From an uncultured virus (IMG/VR IMGVR_UViG_3300017991_000074) (lineage: Duplodnaviria; Heunggongvirae; Uroviricota; Caudoviricetes): a stretch of 37,083 nt of DNA. The number at the start of each line of letters is the position of its first letter. Positions within the stretch are counted from its first letter, which is position 1. This document shows positions 9,096-18,176 of the stretch, one piece after another. The position numbers were made by a program, and so were the translations under genes. The notes under the pieces are model-generated. The model was not told the DNA's origin. It searched no databases and saw only the letters and a program-made list of their open reading frames with translations. The stretch lies in the IMG/VR virus record IMGVR_UViG_3300017991_000074, one strand, 5' to 3'.

Positions 9096-9359
9096 GTGGA
9101 ATCGCATGAGTTTCAGGCTCTAACTGAGCAGGAGTTCGAGAAGAGGATAGTCTTGGTCGGCGGTACGATGAATCAGGTGACTCGATTGAGTCTACTGGTG
9201 GATCTTTGTTGGTCGCTGCTATTCTACTTCGAGTCGTCGCCAGAGAACGATAGCCGCCAGGATCGATTTTGCGCGAAATGTAGAGCGGTGGGGATCGATC
9301 CGAGCGTGCCGATTTCGATTTGTCAGGTCGGCATGAAGGTGCGCAACGGGATGAACTGA
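9096..9359 (+). CDS. Hypothetical protein
   Basis: GTG after GGAGGAG; CxxC; TGATG coupled to the primase. Confidence 0.55.
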   Translation: MESHEFQALTEQEFEKRIVLVGGTMNQVTRLSLLVDLCWSLLFYFESSPENDSRQDRFCAKCRAVGIDPSVPISICQVGMKVRNGMN

Positions 9360-10345
9360 TGGACCGTGAAGGCATACTGTTTGTGCTCGAGGAGATTGGA
9401 GCTCGGAATGTGTTGCCCCACGGCACCAACGTCCAGCTCTCCTGTCCCCTAGCACGGTGGACCGACGATCACAAGAACGACTACGACGGTACGCCCTCAA
9501 TGGGTATTCGGGTCAACAATCGATCGGAGAGCCTGGTGCACTGCTTCGCGTGTCAGTACGGCGGCACGCTTCAGATGCTCGTGGAGAAGCTGCACCAGCT
9601 TGGAGACAAGGACCTGACGCAATTGGTTGCGAAGGTCTCCGACATGGAGCAGGCCGATCCTGAGTGGCTCGTGAGTACGATTGAGGATTGGGAAGCTCCA
9701 CGAGGAGTGTATGAGGAGAAGGTGATCTCTGAGAAGGAGATCGCTTCTATGTTGGGAAGCACGCATCCGAGTCTTCTTCGCTCAAGGAAGTTGGAGATCA
9801 AGACCATCAAGGCGTGGGACGGGGGATTTGATCGAGAGAAGAAGCGGACCGTGTTCCCGGTCCGTAATCGCGACGGAGTGTTGGTGGGGATGGTGGGCCG
9901 GGCTATCGGTGGCAGGCAGAAGCCGAAGTACTTGAACTACTTTGATTTCGACAAGGGTCGATATCTGTACGGAGAGCACCTGTTTCGAGAGGGAACGTCG
10001 GTGATTGTGTGCGAGGGCTTGCTAGATGTACTCGCTACGTGGCAGGCTTTGGCACATGCTGACCGGCTCGGAACGTATTCGGTAGTAGCTTTCCTTGGGT
10101 CGATTGCGACCAAGCATCAACTCAAGAAGCTGGTGAGAATGACTGATGAGGTTGTTCTGTTTCTCGACAATGATCCGGCTGGATGGTCAGGCCAGATGGG
10201 AGCAGCAAGATACTTGGGTACGAAAGTGCGGGTCATGGCGGTCCGCTATCCGGCAAGCGTCGGTGGGGACCCCGGGTCGCTGCTTGTGGATGGAGAAGAC
10301 CTCGTATCGTTGATTGAGAATTCCGAGTTGATGTTGGCATCGTAG
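9359..10345 (+). CDS. DNA primase (Zn-binding domain + TOPRIM)
   Basis: CP...H...CFAC zinc domain, FPV...GMVGR, PKYLN, CEGLLD and LDNDPAG motifs. Confidence 0.9.
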   Translation: MDREGILFVLEEIGARNVLPHGTNVQLSCPLARWTDDHKNDYDGTPSMGIRVNNRSESLVHCFACQYGGTLQMLVEKLHQLGDKDLTQLVAKVSDMEQADPEWLVSTIEDWEAPRGVYEEKVISEKEIASMLGSTHPSLLRSRKLEIKTIKAWDGGFDREKKRTVFPVRNRDGVLVGMVGRAIGGRQKPKYLNYFDFDKGRYLYGEHLFREGTSVIVCEGLLDVLATWQALAHADRLGTYSVVAFLGSIATKHQLKKLVRMTDEVVLFLDNDPAGWSGQMGAARYLGTKVRVMAVRYPASVGGDPGSLLVDGEDLVSLIENSELMLAS

Positions 10346-10357
10346 GAGGGACGCGCG

Positions 10358-11071
10358 ATGCGAAAACTTGTGGCGATGGTTGGAGTGGTGACAGCCCTGG
10401 GGATTGCTGCTGGGGTTGTTTGGTCGCTCTGTGCTGGGCCCGCTTTGGCTGAGACGCTTGGACCCGTGAGGGAAGTGGCCCCGCCTCAGATCGAGGAGTG
10501 GGACTTCGACGAGGCGGTAGAGCGGGCTCGAGCCGCGGAGAAGAGAGAACCGCGAGAGGTGGTCGATCAGGTTCAGGTGACGCTTGATGAGATGGTCAAG
10601 GCCATCATCCAGGAGCAGCCCTGGTATCGAACTCGGCCGCAGCGAGCGAAGCGGTTGGCGGGGATCATCTTTGAGGCAGCCACCGAGCATGGCCAGGACA
10701 CCTGGATCGCCTTGGCCATAGCCTACAAGGAATCGTCGCTCTCCCCAGGGGTGGGACGAGCCAAGGTGACAGGAGAGCTCGGAGAGGAGGGGTACTTTCA
10801 GATCATGCCGAGGTCTTATCCTCGGAAGCAGTGTGCGAAGGGGAGATTGATGGGCAATGCTCGAGCGAATGCGGACACGGCTATGTGCTGGCTGGCATTT
10901 GTTCGGGCGAAGTGCGAGACGGATGATCCTTCGCAGTATGTTCCGGCGTACAGCATGAAGACGTGCCCAGAGCCGGGCCGGGGCCACCGCCTGAGGCCTT
11001 CCAAGAGAGCTCGGGCGGTTCTCTGCCGTATGGTTGGAGAGGACCGCTGCGAGGCGATCTGGCCCAGCTAA
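10358..11071 (+). CDS. Exported lytic transglycosylase (SLT-like)
   Basis: N-terminal signal/TM segment; AIAYKESS catalytic Glu and GYFQIMP motif; several Cys residues. Confidence 0.75.
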   Translation: MRKLVAMVGVVTALGIAAGVVWSLCAGPALAETLGPVREVAPPQIEEWDFDEAVERARAAEKREPREVVDQVQVTLDEMVKAIIQEQPWYRTRPQRAKRLAGIIFEAATEHGQDTWIALAIAYKESSLSPGVGRAKVTGELGEEGYFQIMPRSYPRKQCAKGRLMGNARANADTAMCWLAFVRAKCETDDPSQYVPAYSMKTCPEPGRGHRLRPSKRARAVLCRMVGEDRCEAIWPS

Positions 11072-11109
11072 GGTATCTCTTTACAAATCACCTGAAATCT
11101 TACTACAAT
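11070..11109 (+). promoter_or_regulatory. Sigma70-type promoter upstream of the SSB gene
   Basis: TTTACA (11080-85), 18-nt spacer, TACAAT (11104-09); shares AAGGTAYYTCTTTACAAA with two other sites. Confidence 0.7.
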
Positions 11110-11152
11110 CTACCTACATTCACCCTTCCCCACCCTGTGGGTGAACAGAAAC

Positions 11153-11866
11153 ATGTCTCGAGAAAGAGACGAGAAAAAGGACAAGAGCATGCCGGAGAAA
11201 GCGTGGTACGACACAGGTGAGGACGCCGAGAAGGTCCATGACGATGAGGAAGCTCGTCGGGAGAAGGCGCGGGCTGATGGATCGATCCATCGGTTCTGGA
11301 TGCCGGCTCCCCGCAAGGATGATGATGGAGTGATGCAGGACTCGGTTGCGCGCATCACCTTCGTCGACGACGTCACTCATCCGATCCACAAGTTCAAGAC
11401 GCCATTCGTGTACATGGAGCACCAGCTCTTCCTCGATGGATCGTGGAAGAACTGGTACACCTGTCCGAAGAAGCAGCTCGGTTCCTGCCCCCTGTGCGAG
11501 AGTGGCAACGTGCCGTATCTGGCCTCGGCTTTCACCATCATCGACCATAGCGAGTGGTCCGCTCGAGACGGCACGCTGCACAAGGACGAGGTCAAGCTCT
11601 ACATCGCCAAGTCCAAGGTGCTGAAGGTGCTCCGTCGAGCCGCGGCCAAGAAGAAGGGCCTTCGAGGCTGGCTGGTCGAGGTGATGCGGACCAGCGGGAA
11701 GTCGCCGAACACGGGAGACCAGTTCGATTTCGAGGAGCGGTCCAAGCTGTCGGATGAGACCCAGGCGTACGATTACCCCAAGCTCCTGGAGCCGCTCCCG
11801 ATGGAGAAGCTCAAGGAGCTCGTGGGCGACCTCGAGACCGAGGGAGAGGAGGAGGTTCGGTTCTAG
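11153..11866 (+). CDS. Single-stranded DNA-binding protein, T4 gp32-like
   Basis: RFW, RITFVDD, H...C...CPLC zinc site and acidic tail ending EEEVRF; located between primase and polymerase. Confidence 0.8.
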   Translation: MSRERDEKKDKSMPEKAWYDTGEDAEKVHDDEEARREKARADGSIHRFWMPAPRKDDDGVMQDSVARITFVDDVTHPIHKFKTPFVYMEHQLFLDGSWKNWYTCPKKQLGSCPLCESGNVPYLASAFTIIDHSEWSARDGTLHKDEVKLYIAKSKVLKVLRRAAAKKKGLRGWLVEVMRTSGKSPNTGDQFDFEERSKLSDETQAYDYPKLLEPLPMEKLKELVGDLETEGEEEVRF

Positions 11867-12036
11867 AGATAGCGGGCGCCGAGGCTAATCGTTTCCTCCC
11901 CATACTCTCTTTGGAGCAGCTTAGAAAGAATGGGTGGTGTGCTGGGAGTCACGGCAGCATTCGGGTAGGAGGGTACTCGGGTGCACATTCTGTTTGGGAC
12001 AGGTCGCTGAGCGGCTAGACTCATCGGAGGTTTAGG

Positions 12037-13884
12037 GTGGACGTCTTGATTACGCGGGAAACTCTTCCGCGACTCGCAGAAAAACTTGCAAGTTCAGATG
12101 AAGTAGGACTGGATTACGAGACCACGTCCTTTCATCCGATGGAGAAGGCTGCGCTTCAGTTTGATCGATTGAAGCCTGTGGGCTGGGGGTTTGGTTTTCC
12201 GGATGGCGAGGCGTTCTATCTTCCGGTTGCACATCAGATTGGGGACAATCTTCCGTTCGAGGAAACGGTGGAGCTTCTGAGGAAGGTGTTGACAGATCCG
12301 CACAAGATTGTGTGGGCGCACAACGTCAAGTTCGAGGCCATGGTTTCCAATGTTCTTCGGATTGAGCATCGGTGTCAGTGGAGGTGTTCGCTCTTGGCGC
12401 AGTGGCTTCTCGGGAAAGGATTCAGGGGGAAGCGGGGCCATAAGCTCAAGGCTGCAGTGCAGGAGTATCTCGGCCACAAGATGATTACGTGGGAGGAGGT
12501 AATCCCGAACAAGGCCCGAGCCCATATGGTTGCTCCGAGTGTGATGGCTCCCTACTGTGCTGACGATGCGTTGCAGGGTCTTCGTCTTGGTAATCACTTT
12601 CTCAAAGACATCAAAGAGCTTGGCATGGAGAAGGTCTTCGTCGAGCTCGAGATGCCGATAGCCTCTGAAGTGATTCCTCACATGGACGAGGCCGGCGTAG
12701 AGATTGACCGAAAGTTTCTGCGCAATCTGGCCACTGAGTACTCGACTGAGATGAAGGTTCTGCAGGAGGAGTTCTACAAGCTCTTCAAGATTTCGATCTC
12801 GAGCAACGCGAAGATCAGCACCAAGTTTTATGACCAGCTCAAGCTGTGGCCCATCCTCCCCCAGTTCAAGAGGGGGAAGAGTGGCCGTATCTCTGTTGAT
12901 GCGAATCACCGAAAGATGGTTCGAGCTTCGGTGAAAGAGGGAACCGAGGGTCACCGAGCATTGGACCTGAAGGATCGCTACCAACGCCTGTCCAAGATTG
13001 TCAGCACCTACACGCATTCCATCATCAAGAGAGCGGATCGATATGTCGATGGTCGGGTGCGTTGTGAGTGGCGGCAGCATGGAACGGAGACGGGAAGATT
13101 TGCTTCTCGCAATCCGAATCTGCAGAACGTTCCGATTCGGACCGAGGAGGGGCGAAGGGTTCGAGATGCGTTCGTCGCTGCGATGGGGTGGAATCTTTAC
13201 GACAGGGATTATAGCGGGGCAGACCTTCGAGTTTTTGCTCATCTGTGTCGGGACGAAAGGATGCTCGAGCGGTTCAATTCGGACGACGATGATCTCCATC
13301 AGGAGACTGCGGATGCCTGTGGGGTGAAAAGGCAGACGGGGAAAACGGCGAACCTGGGGCTCATCTATGAGATGGGATCAAAAACCTTGGGGAAGGGGAT
13401 AGGGGCCCCGGAGCATGTGGCACAGCGTATCTGGGAGGAATGGCACGCCACCTATCCCAGGGTGCGGCGGTATCATCGACGCCAGCATGCATATGCCAGG
13501 AAGCATGGATTCGTTCGGACCATCACGGGACGGATTCGACCTACGGAGGGGATCGATTCCTCGAAGACGTGGCTCAGGCTCAAGGCGGAGCATGCCTCAA
13601 CCAACACGCCGGCGCAGGGATCGGTTGGAGACATCATCAAGATCGCGATGCGGAACTTGGTCAAGGAGTGGAAGGATCGGGGGGTGCTCTTCAATTGGTA
13701 CACCAAGAAGGGCAAGGCCAAGGTCACTATCCAGGTGCATGACGAGCTGGTCATCGAGCTCAAGGACGGTTTCAAGGAGGAAGGTGCCGCGGATGTCAAG
13801 AGGCACATGGAGGAAGCTGTAGAGCTGCGGGTGCCCTTGAAGACAGACGGTGGTTTTGGTCGAACGTGGTTGGAGGCACATTGA
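12037..13884 (+). CDS. polA: Family A DNA polymerase with 3'-5' exonuclease domain
   Basis: Exonuclease motifs LDYETT, HNVKFE and YCADD; TETGRFASRNPNLQN; motif A DYSGADLR; motif B R..GKTANLGLIY; motif C QVHDEL. Confidence 0.95.
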   Translation: MDVLITRETLPRLAEKLASSDEVGLDYETTSFHPMEKAALQFDRLKPVGWGFGFPDGEAFYLPVAHQIGDNLPFEETVELLRKVLTDPHKIVWAHNVKFEAMVSNVLRIEHRCQWRCSLLAQWLLGKGFRGKRGHKLKAAVQEYLGHKMITWEEVIPNKARAHMVAPSVMAPYCADDALQGLRLGNHFLKDIKELGMEKVFVELEMPIASEVIPHMDEAGVEIDRKFLRNLATEYSTEMKVLQEEFYKLFKISISSNAKISTKFYDQLKLWPILPQFKRGKSGRISVDANHRKMVRASVKEGTEGHRALDLKDRYQRLSKIVSTYTHSIIKRADRYVDGRVRCEWRQHGTETGRFASRNPNLQNVPIRTEEGRRVRDAFVAAMGWNLYDRDYSGADLRVFAHLCRDERMLERFNSDDDDLHQETADACGVKRQTGKTANLGLIYEMGSKTLGKGIGAPEHVAQRIWEEWHATYPRVRRYHRRQHAYARKHGFVRTITGRIRPTEGIDSSKTWLRLKAEHASTNTPAQGSVGDIIKIAMRNLVKEWKDRGVLFNWYTKKGKAKVTIQVHDELVIELKDGFKEEGAADVKRHMEEAVELRVPLKTDGGFGRTWLEAH

Positions 13885-13885
13885 G

Positions 13886-14080
13886 ATGGCGGATTCGTGC
13901 AAGAATTGTCCCTGGCGAAATGCTGATCCGAAGCAGTTGGCTGAGGCGATGAAACAGATTCGGACACGATTGAAGGTGATGGAAGATGGTTTGGACGCGA
14001 TCAACAGTCGGGTGACTCGGCAGGAAATAGGGGGGCCGGTTCAGACGCCAGAGTTTTCTGACGACGACATTCCGTTCTAG
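13886..14080 (+). CDS. Small protein with CxxC, a coiled coil and an SSB-like DDDIPF tail
   Basis: ATG at 13886 with GGAGG upstream; 64 aa ending FSDDDIPF. Confidence 0.65.
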   Translation: MADSCKNCPWRNADPKQLAEAMKQIRTRLKVMEDGLDAINSRVTRQEIGGPVQTPEFSDDDIPF

Positions 14081-14107
14081 ACACAGCAGCAGACAGAGGA
14101 GAAAGAC

Positions 14108-14338
14108 ATGGACAGAGCAATGGAGTACGCAGAGGGAGACGAGGATTTCGGCAGCTGGTTGAAAGAGGTAGACGCCATCGTCTCAGCGAAGATTCCCGTA
14201 TCCGTTTTCGATCTCGAGGACATGCTGTTCCGAGACGCCTTCGACGCAGGCGACTCCCCTCAGGAATTCGTCTCCGACGTGGTTCGGGAGACGGTTGGTG
14301 AGAACTACGGCGAAGAATACGCCGAGCTCTTGAGCTAG
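14108..14338 (+). CDS. Small, highly acidic hypothetical protein
   Basis: GAGGAG SD; 76 aa with 21 D/E versus 5 K/R. Confidence 0.75.
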   Translation: MDRAMEYAEGDEDFGSWLKEVDAIVSAKIPVSVFDLEDMLFRDAFDAGDSPQEFVSDVVRETVGENYGEEYAELLS

Positions 14339-14346
14339 GGGGCGTC

Positions 14347-14535
14347 ATGGTGGAGGCAAAAGAGACGGTTCCGTGCACTATCTGTGGCGACCCGACTTGG
14401 ATGTTGGGGACGAAGCTTTGTGATGCCTGCTGGGAGTTTGATCATCGCGTCGACTACATCTTGCGGGATGCGAAGCCGAGGTATTTGCGGGAGCTTCGTG
14501 ACAAGATCGAGAGGACACTTCAGGCTCGAGGCTAG
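14347..14535 (+). CDS. Small zinc-finger protein
   Basis: CTIC...CDAC. Confidence 0.6.
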   Translation: MVEAKETVPCTICGDPTWMLGTKLCDACWEFDHRVDYILRDAKPRYLRELRDKIERTLQARG

Positions 14536-14550
14536 ACTGGGCAGAAGGGA

Positions 14551-14793
14551 TTGACGATGGGGGAAAGATTTAGTGTCGCAGCGGAGTTTCCGCCGGGGAC
14601 GATTGTTCGGTTGAGGCAACCAGAGAATCGGAAGAATTGGTATTGGACTGGACGGGAGGCGGTGGAGGCTATTCGACGACTTGTTCTGGTGAGTACGGTG
14701 GAACAGCGCTGGCGAGAATTGTCGGATGATCCAGACCCCTGGGGAAATGATGTTGGTGGATGGGCAGAAGATTTTTGCCTGTTCCATGACTAG
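14551..14793 (+). CDS. Hypothetical protein
   Basis: 80 aa ORF that fits the gene packing; start may be 14551 or 14557. Confidence 0.5.
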   Translation: MTMGERFSVAAEFPPGTIVRLRQPENRKNWYWTGREAVEAIRRLVLVSTVEQRWRELSDDPDPWGNDVGGWAEDFCLFHD

Positions 14794-14812
14794 GTTCGGG
14801 GTGGAGGAGTAG

Positions 14813-15415
14813 ATGCACCTGGGATTTGCGGACACCTACGATATTCGCGGCCTTCTTATAGATGAAGTCAAGCGGGAATTCATGCATAAGATGGCTCCGA
14901 TTTGGTCCGAGCGATACATCAATACGTGGGATCGATATAACTGTAGGCTTCGTGAAATAGAGGAGTGGGAGGAGTATTTTCGGTCGACGAAACCCGAGAT
15001 TTGGGGGTTCGTAGATTCGATGGTGCTCACGGTGAAGGAGTTGCCCTCCGAGCATGCTTATGGGTATTGGTTGGAGGTTCGTAGGGCGGGTTGGATCACG
15101 AGCACTGCCGGTAGTCGAGCATGTATTTGGGAGGAAACGAAGTATCTGGTGGATTTCAGGATTTCGGTTCCTTTGCTTGAAATCTTTGACGGCGATTTCA
15201 GGGAGCTTTTTGAGGGGCCTATCCGCTACTGGGTGCTAGCTCTTTGGAAGAAGGCTACCGAAGAGGGTCTAGTTCCTTTTGTACCTTCCCGGGTTTGGCA
15301 CAGGGGGCCTATTGGGTCGCTTGTCGGTGCGATAATGGACACTGCCATAGAGGTAAGACAGGGGATGGACGCAAGAGCGGCTGAACTGCTTCGGCAATTG
15401 ATGGAGACGAGATGA
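14813..15415 (+). CDS. Hypothetical protein
   Basis: GGAGGAG SD; 200 aa; ATGA overlap with the helicase. Confidence 0.65.
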   Translation: MHLGFADTYDIRGLLIDEVKREFMHKMAPIWSERYINTWDRYNCRLREIEEWEEYFRSTKPEIWGFVDSMVLTVKELPSEHAYGYWLEVRRAGWITSTAGSRACIWEETKYLVDFRISVPLLEIFDGDFRELFEGPIRYWVLALWKKATEEGLVPFVPSRVWHRGPIGSLVGAIMDTAIEVRQGMDARAAELLRQLMETR

Positions 15416-16836
15416 CCCTCTACTTTCCGCGCGACATCTCGGTGGACGCAGATGTAGCCGGGTTTATCGGCAGCATGGTTTGGCTTCGATGCGATCGACT
15501 TCGGATGATGGAGATCGAGGCCCTCAAACGTCAGTACACGATCACCTCGAGTGAGGGGGAGGAGTTCCCTCTTTGGAGAGTGGTGGACTGGAGGTTTCTT
15601 GGGGAGGAGCTTCAGTGGCTGCTTCTACCGTGGGAGGAAATTGGACGTACCGAATTTCTTGCGGACCTTCGGACTGATGGAGCTCCGATGAGGAAGGCCG
15701 CGCGATCCTTCTCCCCTAGAGAGGGCCAGCTCGAGGCGGTGTCCTTTGTGATAGCCAGTCTCGGTGGGGACTTTGGGAGCTGTGGGGGGAACTTGATTGC
15801 GCCCTGCGGTTCGGGCAAGACGGTCATGGGAGCGGAGATTGCGCTTCGATTGGGTCGGAGAACTGCCGTTCTCGTGCACAAGGAGTTTTTGGCCAGGCAA
15901 TGGGAGGACGCACTTCGGATGCTGACTGGGGGAACCTTCAACGAGAAGACGCGGCATTGGGAGGGCGGCGAGATTCGCATTGGTCGAGTGCAGAGGGAGC
16001 GATGCGAGTACGAGGACAAGGACGTAGTCATTGTGATGTGTCAGAGCTTGGTGGGGAAGACTACGAAGAGGGAGTATCCGAGGGAGTTCTTTGAGTCTTG
16101 CGGCTTGGTCATTGGAGATGAGATTCATCGGTACGCTGCCGAGGTGTGGCAGGAAGCCTTGATGCAGTTTCCCGCGAGGCGGCGACTCGGACTCACCGCG
16201 ACCTTCCGGCGCAGAGATGGAATGCTGGGAGTGATCGAGAAGCATATCGGGCCGGTCATCTACGAGATGAACGTGGAAACGGTCCCGGTGCGGGTGCATT
16301 TCGTGAAGATCGCTACCACCATGGATGCTCGAGCCTACTCCAATCTATGGGACGGGAAGCTGAATCGGGGCAAGCTCATTTCGAGGTTGGCCGAGAACAC
16401 CCGGCGGACCGAGGTGATCCTCCGCCTCATCCTTCGAGCAACAGGGGCGGATCGGAAGGTGCTGGTGCTCTCTGAGCGGAGGAAGCACCTTGAAGAGATG
16501 GCAAAGGGAGCCGAGAGAGGCCTCTCCTCAGAAGACATAGGTTTCTTTGTTGGAGGGAAGTCTGAGGAGGAGCTTGATATTGCTGCGACGAAGAGACTCA
16601 TCTTCGCCACCTATCAGATGGCGAAGGAGGGGCTGGACATACCGGCTATAGATACTTTGTTTCTGGCCACGCCGATGGCTGATGTGGAGCAGAGTGTGGG
16701 GCGCATTGTTCGGGCTTCTGCTGACAAGAAGGAGCCGGTGGTTATCGACATCGTGGATCGGAACATCGGTCCTTGTGCGGGCTTTGCGATGGCTCGGAGG
16801 AAGCAGTACGAGACCTTGGGCTACGACATCAAGTAG
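15412..16836 (+). CDS. Superfamily 2 (DExH) helicase, UvsW/XPB-like
   Basis: APCGSGKT, GDEIH, GLTAT, EGLDIP and QSVGRIVR motifs. Confidence 0.92.
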   Translation: MTLYFPRDISVDADVAGFIGSMVWLRCDRLRMMEIEALKRQYTITSSEGEEFPLWRVVDWRFLGEELQWLLLPWEEIGRTEFLADLRTDGAPMRKAARSFSPREGQLEAVSFVIASLGGDFGSCGGNLIAPCGSGKTVMGAEIALRLGRRTAVLVHKEFLARQWEDALRMLTGGTFNEKTRHWEGGEIRIGRVQRERCEYEDKDVVIVMCQSLVGKTTKREYPREFFESCGLVIGDEIHRYAAEVWQEALMQFPARRRLGLTATFRRRDGMLGVIEKHIGPVIYEMNVETVPVRVHFVKIATTMDARAYSNLWDGKLNRGKLISRLAENTRRTEVILRLILRATGADRKVLVLSERRKHLEEMAKGAERGLSSEDIGFFVGGKSEEELDIAATKRLIFATYQMAKEGLDIPAIDTLFLATPMADVEQSVGRIVRASADKKEPVVIDIVDRNIGPCAGFAMARRKQYETLGYDIK

Positions 16837-16845
16837 GAGAGCACA

Positions 16846-17082
16846 ATGCCTTCGGTACTGGATTTTGTTCGCGGAGATGTATCTCTGAAAGAGATCAAGA
16901 ATATGCCTGTCATCAGTCAGTCGCAAACTGATGATTTGATCCTCGAGATTGAGGGCTGGCGGGTATGGCATTCTCGGATGACGGTGGCGGACGGAAGTTC
17001 GTGTGACAACAAGGTCACTGTCGAGTGTTTCTATAGCTCAAAGAATCGGTGGGAAGAAATCAAGACCTACGCGGCGAGGTAG
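16846..17082 (+). CDS. Hypothetical protein
   Basis: AGGAG SD; 78 aa. Confidence 0.6.
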   Translation: MPSVLDFVRGDVSLKEIKNMPVISQSQTDDLILEIEGWRVWHSRMTVADGSSCDNKVTVECFYSSKNRWEEIKTYAAR

Positions 17083-17084
17083 AG

Positions 17085-17612
17085 ATGAGCAAGAAGGTGG
17101 ATGCGGGGTTGGTGCTTTACCAGGGGCAGCAGTTGATTGCTGCGAACGACTTGCTCAGGACTCCTCCTGAGGAGCTCGATGATGAGGCCAAGGCGACGGC
17201 TTGGAGTGTGTTGGACCTGATTCAGAAGAAGGTGCTCAAGGGACGCATGGCCGAGCTTCGGAAGGCCTTGCTGAAGAGGGTTAGGGCCACGGGAGATAGG
17301 TCTGAGTCGAGCGGGCGGTTGCCGAAGTACTCGATGAAGATGGGCGGAGCGGTCGTTACATGTACGGACCTTGCCGGGAAGGTGAAGTACGACGAGGAGG
17401 CCCTGAAGGTGGTGCTGGCGCGACGCAGCATCCCGGAGGACCGAGTGTTCAAGACCGTTCAAGTCTTGGATGAAGAGGCGGTGGAAATGTTCATCGCAGC
17501 GAAGATCATCGAGGACTCGGATGTGATGGAGTTCACGGAGGTGGGCGATCCGTCTGAACGCTTGACGGTGAAGAAGTCGAAGGACGTCCTGGCTCTGCTT
17601 CCGAAGGAGTGA
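17085..17612 (+). CDS. Hypothetical protein
   Basis: ATG at 17085 after GAGGT; 175 aa; fits the packing. Confidence 0.7.
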   Translation: MSKKVDAGLVLYQGQQLIAANDLLRTPPEELDDEAKATAWSVLDLIQKKVLKGRMAELRKALLKRVRATGDRSESSGRLPKYSMKMGGAVVTCTDLAGKVKYDEEALKVVLARRSIPEDRVFKTVQVLDEEAVEMFIAAKIIEDSDVMEFTEVGDPSERLTVKKSKDVLALLPKE

Positions 17613-17615
17613 TCG

Positions 17616-18167
17616 ATGGACGAGGAGCGCGACGAAGAGGCCTTGGAAAAGAAGCGGTTCTATGCTCGGAAGTACTACCAGAAGCACCGAGAGAAGATTC
17701 TTGCGGACAAGAAGAAGTACTACGAAGAACACCCGGAGTACCGCGAGAGGCTTCAGGCACGTACCAAGGAGCGCCGTAAGAGGCTCCAGGAGGAGCGGAA
17801 GCTCTTGGGACCAATGCCTCGGAAGACCGGTCCTCGTAAGAAGAAGACTCACCTGGTGGAGATCAACGGTCAAGATGTCGAGGTGATCATGGTCACTATC
17901 GGCAAACTGGCTCAGATGTTTGGGAAAAAGGTCGAGACGCTGAGGAAGTGGGAGGAATTGGGTCGACTTCCGATTGCCCTCTACCGAACCTCTGGTGGTG
18001 TTCGGCTGTACCCGGAGTTTCAGGCCACTCTTCTGGTGGAGGCGTGGAGGAAGGCGAGGAAAGAGGACACGGGCAAGTACCACAAGTGGGAGACCTCCTC
18101 CTTCCCAGCTGAGGCGAAGGAGATTTGGAACGAGTACCCCTACGGAGTTGATCCGGGGGCGATATAG
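17616..18167 (+). CDS. MerR-type HTH DNA-binding protein
   Basis: TIGKLAQMFGKKVETLRKWEELGRLP...RTSGGVRLY matches the MerR wHTH pattern; basic N-terminus. Confidence 0.8.
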   Translation: MDEERDEEALEKKRFYARKYYQKHREKILADKKKYYEEHPEYRERLQARTKERRKRLQEERKLLGPMPRKTGPRKKKTHLVEINGQDVEVIMVTIGKLAQMFGKKVETLRKWEELGRLPIALYRTSGGVRLYPEFQATLLVEAWRKARKEDTGKYHKWETSSFPAEAKEIWNEYPYGVDPGAI

Positions 18168-18176
18168 GAGGAAGAC

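Noticed and set aside
12094..13299. 401-aa minus-strand ORF
   Set aside because: Lies entirely opposite the DNA polymerase; no recognisable motifs.
17067..18083. 338-aa minus-strand ORF
   Set aside because: Antisense to two well-supported + strand genes; Leu-rich shadow composition.
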